From: Candidatus Amphirhobacter heronislandensis
GTDB lineage: Bacteria > Pseudomonadota > Gammaproteobacteria > Tethybacterales > Tethybacteraceae
Assembly (NCBI GenBank): GCA_001750625.1
Contig: MEIE01000004.1
Span: 1-51,299, forward strand
Length of the DNA stretch: 51,299 nucleotides
Direction: 5' to 3'
Part shown: in pieces, positions 17,893 through 24,551 of the stretch
How positions within the stretch are numbered: the first letter of the stretch is position 1
Layout of the letters: each line of letters begins with the position of its first letter
The notes under the pieces: model-generated
Databases searched by the model: none
What the model was told of the DNA's origin: nothing
What the model saw: the letters and a program-made list of their open reading frames with translations, nothing else
Made by a program: the position numbers and the translations under genes

Positions 17893-18867
17893 CTACTCCC
17901 GCGCCAGCGCCGCGACGGCGCGGCCGAAGCGCTCCGGCGCCAGGCTCGTCAGCGTCAGCTTCTCGCCGTTCGGCAGCGCGAAGCGCAGCTTCGCCGCGTG
18001 CAGCATCAGCCCCCGGCAGCCCCGCCGCGCCAGCTCGCGGTTGCGTTCGCGGCTGCCGTAGCGCTCGTCGCCGATGATCGGATGGCCCACCGAGGCCAGA
18101 TGGACCCGCGCCTGATGGGTCTTGCCGGTCAGCAGCCGCAGGCTCAGGTCGGCGCCCGCCGCATGCTGCTTCAGCAGCCGGCAGGCGGTCTCGGCCCGGC
18201 CGCCGTCGTCGGCCACCACGCTGCGGCGGCCGCCGGCCGCCGCCGGGACCTTGCGCAGCGGCAGCGCGATGCGCGCGTGCTCGCCGCTCCAGCGGCCGCA
18301 GACCAGCGCGCGGTATTCCTTCGCTACGCCGCCGTCGCGCAGCTGCGCGGCGAGGTGCAGCAGGCCCCGCCGGGTCTTCGCCACCACCAGCAGGCCCGAG
18401 GTCTCCTTGTCCAGCCGGTGGACGAGCTCCAAGGAAGCCTGCTTGCGGACCTGCCGCGCCGCCTCGATGAGGCCGTGGCTCAGGCCGCTGCCGCCGTGGA
18501 CCGCCAGCCCCGCCGGCTTGTCGAAGACCAGGTAGTCGCCGTCCTCGTACGCGACCGGCGCGAGGCGCGGGTTGCGGAGTTCCTGCTGCGCCCGCTCCCC
18601 CATGCGGGGCCTCGGCAGGACGATCTCGTCGCCGGCGCGCAGGCGCTGCTCAGGCTTGGCCCGGCGGCCGTTGCAGCGCACCCGGCCGATGCGCATCAGC
18701 CGGTACACCAGCTGCCGCGGCACGCCCTTGAGCTCGCGCAGCAAAAAGTTGTCCAGGCGCTGCGCGTCGTGCTCGGCGCCGACGACGTAGGTCAGCGCCG
18801 GCGGGCGGGCGCCGGGGTCGGAGCGCGAAGGCGTGCTGATGGCGGAGGTCCGGGTCCTGGGCTGCAT
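17893..18867 (-). CDS. rluC: 23S rRNA pseudouridine synthase, RluA family (RluC-like)
   Basis: S4 domain (RLDNFLLRELKGVPRQLVYRLMRIGRVRCNG) and catalytic HRLDKETSGLLVVAK. It is divergent from rne, as in E. coli. I prefer ATG 18867; the track start 19047 reads through the rne leader. Confidence 0.8.
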   Translation of the reverse strand: MQPRTRTSAISTPSRSDPGARPPALTYVVGAEHDAQRLDNFLLRELKGVPRQLVYRLMRIGRVRCNGRRAKPEQRLRAGDEIVLPRPRMGERAQQELRNPRLAPVAYEDGDYLVFDKPAGLAVHGGSGLSHGLIEAARQVRKQASLELVHRLDKETSGLLVVAKTRRGLLHLAAQLRDGGVAKEYRALVCGRWSGEHARIALPLRKVPAAAGGRRSVVADDGGRAETACRLLKQHAAGADLSLRLLTGKTHQARVHLASVGHPIIGDERYGSRERNRELARRGCRGLMLHAAKLRFALPNGEKLTLTSLAPERFGRAVAALARE

Positions 18868-18876
18868 GGGCGAAGT

Positions 18877-18886
18877 ATTATAAAAT
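18877..18886. promoter_or_regulatory. back-to-back candidate -10 elements in TATTATAAAAT (rluC on the minus strand, rne on the plus strand)
   Basis: The minus strand reads TATAAT (18882..18877), 9 nt before the rluC ATG. The plus strand reads TATAAA/TAAAAT (18879-18886), about 230 nt before the rne ATG. Confidence 0.4.
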
Positions 18887-18892
18887 AGAGCC

Positions 18893-19119
18893 AATTTGGC
18901 AATGGCGGCACGGAGAGGCCGGCGTTCTCCAAGCGCCGCGCCCGCCAGCCGCAATCCAGAGCACGAGCCGGGCGTACGCCCGGCGCAACTCACCGACAAC
19001 CAAAGCCCAGGAGAACGAGCCATCAGCCCCTGCATCGTCATGAGCAAGCGCAGCCCCGCCGCGAGGCTGGCCGCGCCGATGCCGGCTCTCCTCGGCCCCG
19101 CCTCACAGGAAGGAAACCC
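18893..19119 (+). promoter_or_regulatory. probable long structured rne 5' UTR
   Basis: About 230 nt of non-coding leader containing a GC hairpin GCCGGGCG-TA-CGCCCGGC (18967-18984). E. coli rne has a long autoregulatory leader. The 5' boundary is estimated only. Confidence 0.35.
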
Positions 19120-21168
19120 ATGCGCACAATCATCATCAGCACCGCCAATGCGGAAGAAAACCGCATCGCAGTACTCGACAATGGCATTCTGACGGACTAC
19201 CTCTCGGTAATCACCGGCAAGGAGGACCGCAAGCTAAGCATCTTCGCCGGGGTCATCGAGGAGGTCGAGACCTCCATCAACGCCTGCTTCGTCAACATCG
19301 GCGACGCGGGCAAGAAAGGCTTCCTGCAGTTCGCCGACATCGCGGAGGAATGCCTGCCGCCCGGCACCGAGGGCAGCGTCGCCGAGCGCATCAAGCCCGG
19401 CATGCCCATCCTGGTCCAGATCACCAAGGACTCCCGCAGCGAGAAAGGCCCGCTGCTGACCACCCGCATCAAGCTTTCCAGCGGCAACCTCATCCTGATG
19501 CCGCGCGAGCGCAGCCCGGCCAAGGCCCTCAGCATCTCCGCCAACGCCACCCCGGCGGAGCGGCAGCGCCTGAACGAGGCCCCCGAGCTCGCCGACCTGC
19601 CGGCCGGCCACGCCGCGATCGTCCGTTCCAACGGCCTCGACCAGCCGGTCGAGGACCTCGTGCGCCAAAAAGGCAACCTGCTGGAGTTCTGGGGCCAGAT
19701 CAACCAGGTCTTCGCCAAGGCCGACGGCAAGCCGATGCTGATCTACGAGAACCTCAACATCGTCAACATCTGCCTGACCGAGTACCACTCCTTCGCTACC
19801 GACGAGATAATCTGCGACCATGAAGGCACCCTCAATGAGATCAAGGGCTCCATCGAGGTGATGCACGCGCCGATGCCGGCGTCGCTGCGCCTCGTCAAGC
19901 CCGGCGAGCCGGTCTTCGACGAGCGGGCGATGCGGCAGATCGACAGCCTGCTGTCGCGCAAGGTCAAGCTCAAGTCCGGCGGCGAGATCGTCATCGACAC
20001 CACCGAGGCCCTGGTCGCCATCGACATCAACTCCAAGCGTTCCCGCAGCCAGAAGAACATCGAGGACACCGCCCTCAACACCAACATCGAGGCCGCGACC
20101 GAAATCGCCCTGCAGCTGCGCCTGCGCAACCTCGCCGGGATCGTCGTCATCGACTTCATCGACATGCAGTCCAAGGACAACCAGCAGACCCTGCTGCGGC
20201 ACATCGAGCGCGAGTTCCGCAAGGACCGGGCCAGCATCACCATCGGCAGCATCTCCAGCTTCGGCCTGCTCGAGATGACCAGGCAGAACATCGGCCGGCC
20301 CCTGCACGAGGCCCATTCCTCCCTCTGTCCCCACTGTTCCGGCAGCGGCCGCATCCCGCACGCCTCGGCCACGGCCCTGAACGTCCTCGACCGCATCAAG
20401 GAAACCGCGTTCAGCCGCCGGCCCCGGGTGCTGTACATCGAGCTGCCGCTCGAGCCCGCGACCTACCTGCTCAATGAAAAACGCGAGGATCTCAACCAGC
20501 TGCGCGCCGACAACGGGATGGAGGTGATCATCATCCCCTCGCCCCACCTCAAGGGCAAGGACTGCAACATCCGCGCCGAGAAGCAGCCCCGGCGCGGCGG
20601 CGGCGACTACCAGCAAAAGAGCAACGGCGGCAACATCGTCCCGGACTACCTCGCCGGCAGCGGCCGCGAGGAGCCCGCCGCCGCCATCACCAACCAAAAA
20701 GCGATGGCGACCATGCACGAGGGCGGCGGCAACGGCGGCGGCGCGCCGCAGCAGCCCCCGGCCGCGGCGCCGGCCGACGGCGCCGGCGTCCTGACCGGCA
20801 TCACCAATTTCTTCAGCGGCCTGATCAAGCAAAAAGAAGACGGCGAGGGCGAGGCCCCGGCCGCGGCCGCGGCCGGCAAACCCGCCCGCCGGCGCAGCGG
20901 CAACAACGTCCGCCGCGCCCGTTCCCGGGGCGGCAGGGGTGGCCGTGGCGGCGGCGGCGGCCGCAGCAAGGAAGCGTCTGCGAGCGCCGGCGCTGCCAAG
21001 AACGGCGGCGAGGGCGGCGGCGGCCGGCGGCGTTCCCGGCCGCCCCGGCCGCAGCCCAAGAAGGAAGCCAGCAGCGGCAGCACCGGCGGACCGGCCGAGG
21101 CCTCTGCCGCTCCGGCCAGCGGCTCCAAGCCCGCCGGCGGCGAAGCCTCCGATTCCAGCAGCAGCTAG
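19120..21168 (+). CDS. rne: ribonuclease E (short form: catalytic domain plus an Arg/Gly-rich tail)
   Basis: S1 domain (IFAGVIEEVETSINACFVNIG..KGFL), the RNase E/G core (ALVAIDINS..., AGIVVIDFIDM) and the Zn-link CPHCSGSGRI. The low-complexity RGG/RRR C-terminus starts at about 20560. It is divergent from rluC. Confidence 0.88.
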   Translation: MRTIIISTANAEENRIAVLDNGILTDYLSVITGKEDRKLSIFAGVIEEVETSINACFVNIGDAGKKGFLQFADIAEECLPPGTEGSVAERIKPGMPILVQITKDSRSEKGPLLTTRIKLSSGNLILMPRERSPAKALSISANATPAERQRLNEAPELADLPAGHAAIVRSNGLDQPVEDLVRQKGNLLEFWGQINQVFAKADGKPMLIYENLNIVNICLTEYHSFATDEIICDHEGTLNEIKGSIEVMHAPMPASLRLVKPGEPVFDERAMRQIDSLLSRKVKLKSGGEIVIDTTEALVAIDINSKRSRSQKNIEDTALNTNIEAATEIALQLRLRNLAGIVVIDFIDMQSKDNQQTLLRHIEREFRKDRASITIGSISSFGLLEMTRQNIGRPLHEAHSSLCPHCSGSGRIPHASATALNVLDRIKETAFSRRPRVLYIELPLEPATYLLNEKREDLNQLRADNGMEVIIIPSPHLKGKDCNIRAEKQPRRGGGDYQQKSNGGNIVPDYLAGSGREEPAAAITNQKAMATMHEGGGNGGGAPQQPPAAAPADGAGVLTGITNFFSGLIKQKEDGEGEAPAAAAAGKPARRRSGNNVRRARSRGGRGGRGGGGGRSKEASASAGAAKNGGEGGGGRRRSRPPRPQPKKEASSGSTGGPAEASAAPASGSKPAGGEASDSSSS

Positions 21169-21223
21169 AAAGACCCCCGGCAGCGAACGCGGCGCCGAGC
21201 CGGCGCCGGCTGACCGCGCCCAG

Positions 21224-21394
21224 CTAGCGGCAGACCAGCCGCTCGACCACGACCATCACGTCGCCGCGCTGTTCGAGGAAGGCGCGCAGCTCCGCGGCCT
21301 GGCCCTTGAAGGCGCAGGACAGCGTCCCGGGACGCTGCGGGAGGGAGCAGCCTGCCAGGATCAGCACGGCGAGAATGAGCAGCGGCTTTTTCAT
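21224..21394 (-). CDS. hypothetical 56-aa lipoprotein (MKKPLLILAVLILAGCSLPQ...)
   Basis: My own translation; the ORF is below the 60-aa track cutoff. It has ATG 21394, stop TAG 21224-21226 and a canonical lipobox L-A-G-C. Confidence 0.45.
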   Translation of the reverse strand: MKKPLLILAVLILAGCSLPQRPGTLSCAFKGQAAELRAFLEQRGDVMVVVERLVCR

Positions 21395-21503
21395 GGCGGG
21401 CCCCAGCCTATTTTAGGAACTTGGCGTCCGTGCCTGATGGCATGGCGGCGCGTGCCCTTGCAGCCCTCGCGCCGGCGCCGCCCCTGCGCGCCGGCCAAAG
21501 ACC

Positions 21504-21525
21504 AAGCCCGCCTGCTGGCGGGCTT
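21504..21525. terminator. 9-bp GC-rich hairpin (AAGCCCGCC-TGCT-GGCGGGCTT), a candidate terminator after the adhesin gene
   Basis: A perfect inverted repeat 54 nt downstream of the adhesin stop. It is followed by T-rich tracts on both strands, interrupted on the minus strand. Confidence 0.45.
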
Positions 21526-21578
21526 TCATCTAGGGGTTTCTTGAGGCGGAGGGCCAGCCGACGCGGCCAGCCCCTGTC

Positions 21579-24551
21579 CTATTCCTGGAAGTCGAGGTAG
21601 TACTCGACCTTGAGGTCCTGCTCTTCCTTGCCCTGGAAGCCCAGCATGCTGACGCCGATGCGGCTGAAGCCGCCATGGCTGTAGTTCATGCCCAGGACAT
21701 ACTCGTTGTCCTCGTTCGGCTTGACCTGGTAGCTGCCGTACGGCGTGAACAGGCCGTACGGGACCGCCATGCCGTAGGCGACCTCGCTGCCCATCCGCAG
21801 GCCGCTGCCGCCGGGGACCGCCAGGTCCGCAAGCTCCTCGACCTCGAACAGCTGCTCGCCCGTGCCCAGGCCGCCGTACGAAGGCCGGAGGCTGAACGAC
21901 AGGCCCAGGCCCCTGTTCGCGCTCAAGCCGCCGAACGCCAGGTCCAGATGGCCGCCAACCGCGTTGAGCTCGTTGACCCGCAGGAAACGGCCCTTGACGC
22001 CCAGGCTGATCGGGAAATCAATCGCCGCGAAGCTCATGCCGAGCACGCTCTCAAAGCCCGAGGACGACTTGTCTTCCTTGCCCCGGCCGGCCGTGTCCGA
22101 ACTGCTGCGGATGTAGGCCGCGAAACTCGGCGTGACGGTGGAGCCGTTGGATTCGATGTCGACCTCATACTCCAGGCCCAGGCGCGCCGCCCGGCTTTCG
22201 ATGCCTTCGATCTTGACCGGCTGCAGCACGTTGTCGCCGTCCTCGTTGCTGTACTCCGAGGCGTGCTGGCTGTACTGCAGCTTCAGGTGGAGGCTGCCCG
22301 CGTCGGCGTCGGCGTCCGCCAGCGCCAGCAGGTCGCCGATGCCGCCGATGCTGAAGCCCACGCTTTCGAGCGTGCCGTTGTCAACGAAGCGGCAGCGCCC
22401 GTCGCCGGCGTCGCAGTCATGGTCGTAGCCAATGCTGCAGTCGGCGGCGTTGCGTTCCGTGCACTCCAGGCCCTCGACGAGGTCGACCTCGCCCTGGCCG
22501 TAGGTCAGCGCCAGCCACGCCTTGCCGTCATCGCCCAAGAAGGCGGCGACGTACGGGTTGACGGTGTACATGCCCACGTCGTAGTCGATCCAGTTCCTGT
22601 CGTCAGCGTCATTGAGCTCGACGTCGCCCTTGATCTCGAACTCGCCGCTGTGGTAGCCCATGCCGACGCCGAAGGCGAAGGCGTCGCTGACCGCCTCGAC
22701 GCCGAGGCTGCCGCTGAGGAGGCTGCCATCGAAGGTGTGCGTGAGCTCATCGTCCTCTTTTTGCTCGATGGCGCTGTACTCGCCACGGCCCCAGAAGCCC
22801 AGCTGCAGATCGCCGCCCGCGTTCTGCGCCAGCGGGAGCGCGAAGCTCTGCCCGTCAAGGAATTCCGCGAGGTTCAGATCGCCTTCTTCCAGGCCCTGCG
22901 ACTTGCGCAGGATCATGTCCCGCACCACCTGGACGCTGGCGTCGTCGAGGCCCAGGACCAGGCTGCCGTCCTGCCGCGGCCGCAGCGTGGCGATGTGGTC
23001 TTCGAGATGCTGGCTGTTGACGTTGAGGATTTCCCTGGTGATCACCGGCAACACTTCTTTGTGGATTTCACCGACGTCGATGCGCAGCTCCTCGACCGCT
23101 ATGCCGTAGCTGACGATGTTGCTTGCCGCTCCTTCGCTGTCTTCGGCGCTGATGGTCAGGAAAATCATCGGATCCTCAGCCCTGCTGAACGACGAACCGG
23201 ACCGGACCCGCAGATCGTATTTGAAAGTCGGCGACCTGCTGGCGGACTGGTTGAGGACCAGCTCGAACCTGTCGTCGCCCACGAGCTTCATCGCGAAGCC
23301 GCCCTGGACCGGAATCTCGTCCTCGACGTTGATGGTCACGCCCGTCGCTTTGTTCTCATCGAGATTGTTGAACAGGTTGGCGGTGAGCGTGAAGCCGCGC
23401 GCTGGGCTTACGCTCAGGATCGGGGTATCGTTCTCTCTGAACGAAATCGTCTGCGTGAGCGAGTCCCGGGCGCCAGCGTCATCCTCCGTGGCGACCACGA
23501 GCTCGATGTCGTTGATGTCGCGGGAGAAGACCGCGCCATTCTTGGCCACCAGGGCGAAGACGCGCGAGAACGGCACCGAGCTCACCTGCGCCAGCGTGAA
23601 GCGGGGGTCGTCCACCCACACCGTCGGCGTCTCGATGTTCAAGTCCGTGACCGTAAGCGTCAGGCTGGTCGTCGTGGCGACCCGCAGGGAAATCGCCGGC
23701 AGCGTCATCGTCACCGGCCGGTAGCCTATGGTCGGCGCGCTGTTCTGGTCCTCCGTGGTCCGCAGCGTGAAAATGAAGCGGAGTGTCGAGGTCCGCGAAC
23801 CGTAGTTGATTACCGCGCCGATCGTCGGATACTCCGCGTAGCCAATGTGGGGGAAGGTGTGATTGCCCTTAACCCTGATGGCCCCGGCGCCGTTCGAGCG
23901 CAGGGACGCCACGTCAAAGGTGAGGCCGTTGGCGAAGGCCGCGGTGCTGGTGCTCGGGTCCGCGAATGACACGCCAGCGACCTGGCGCGCCAAGGCGGCA
24001 TCCTCAATCACGATGGAAAGGCCGGTGTCGGTGGCCGCAGCATGGATGAAGCCGGGGTGGTTGCCCGCCGCGACGTTGAGCGTCTGGGGCCCCCTGATCC
24101 TGTCGGAGCGCTCCGACATGAAGGCAAGGGTTGCGGTGAAACTGCTGTCGTCCGCCAGGTCGTAAAAGCGCAGGGTTATTCTCCTCACTCCATCGAAATG
24201 ATCCGGCGTGGCCACGATTTGCAGGCCTGTGGTCAGCATGTTGTACCTAAGCCAAGTCAGCGTGGAGGTGCCGACAGGGGTCACCGCCAGCAGGCTGTCG
24301 GGATTGACGCTTTGGAACGACCTGTAAATGTGGGTGGTCACGACGTTCGCCGCAAGCGTGATCGTGCCGGCGCCGATGCTCCGGTTCAGCTGCATGTCGT
24401 AAGCGCTGTGCGCAAGGGTCACGCCGTCTTTGACGATGTGCAGCGTGTCCGCCGGCCGAGGAGATCGAAAGCGTGCCGGCCTGGTACAGGCCATAGCAGT
24501 TGCGGAGCGGGCTTCCTTGGCTGGGAGCGTCTGGGAGGCGCAGCCGCTCAA
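21579..24551 (-). CDS. autotransporter adhesin, C-terminal fragment (passenger repeats plus beta-barrel translocator)
   Basis: The first ~34 codons are junk. Sensible sequence starts at ..DTLHIVKDGVTL. It has cadherin-like DDPRFTL and GDDRFEL units. The C-terminal ~400 aa has an amphipathic beta-strand pattern (GFWGRGEYS.., FGVGMGYHSGEFE.., ..LKVEYYLDFQE). This fragment has no signal peptide of its own. Confidence 0.7.
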   Translation of the reverse strand: MSGCASQTLPAKEARSATAMACTRPARFRSPRPADTLHIVKDGVTLAHSAYDMQLNRSIGAGTITLAANVVTTHIYRSFQSVNPDSLLAVTPVGTSTLTWLRYNMLTTGLQIVATPDHFDGVRRITLRFYDLADDSSFTATLAFMSERSDRIRGPQTLNVAAGNHPGFIHAAATDTGLSIVIEDAALARQVAGVSFADPSTSTAAFANGLTFDVASLRSNGAGAIRVKGNHTFPHIGYAEYPTIGAVINYGSRTSTLRFIFTLRTTEDQNSAPTIGYRPVTMTLPAISLRVATTTSLTLTVTDLNIETPTVWVDDPRFTLAQVSSVPFSRVFALVAKNGAVFSRDINDIELVVATEDDAGARDSLTQTISFRENDTPILSVSPARGFTLTANLFNNLDENKATGVTINVEDEIPVQGGFAMKLVGDDRFELVLNQSASRSPTFKYDLRVRSGSSFSRAEDPMIFLTISAEDSEGAASNIVSYGIAVEELRIDVGEIHKEVLPVITREILNVNSQHLEDHIATLRPRQDGSLVLGLDDASVQVVRDMILRKSQGLEEGDLNLAEFLDGQSFALPLAQNAGGDLQLGFWGRGEYSAIEQKEDDELTHTFDGSLLSGSLGVEAVSDAFAFGVGMGYHSGEFEIKGDVELNDADDRNWIDYDVGMYTVNPYVAAFLGDDGKAWLALTYGQGEVDLVEGLECTERNAADCSIGYDHDCDAGDGRCRFVDNGTLESVGFSIGGIGDLLALADADADAGSLHLKLQYSQHASEYSNEDGDNVLQPVKIEGIESRAARLGLEYEVDIESNGSTVTPSFAAYIRSSSDTAGRGKEDKSSSGFESVLGMSFAAIDFPISLGVKGRFLRVNELNAVGGHLDLAFGGLSANRGLGLSFSLRPSYGGLGTGEQLFEVEELADLAVPGGSGLRMGSEVAYGMAVPYGLFTPYGSYQVKPNEDNEYVLGMNYSHGGFSRIGVSMLGFQGKEEQDLKVEYYLDFQE

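Noticed and set aside
24440-24470. Programmed ribosomal frameshift or phase-variable tract at the adhesin frameshift site
   Set aside because: The frame switch lies in CCTCGGCCGGCGGAC. I saw no homopolymer, short tandem repeat or slippery X_XXY_YYZ heptamer, and no obvious downstream pseudoknot. A plain indel, whether mutation or sequencing error, is the simpler explanation.
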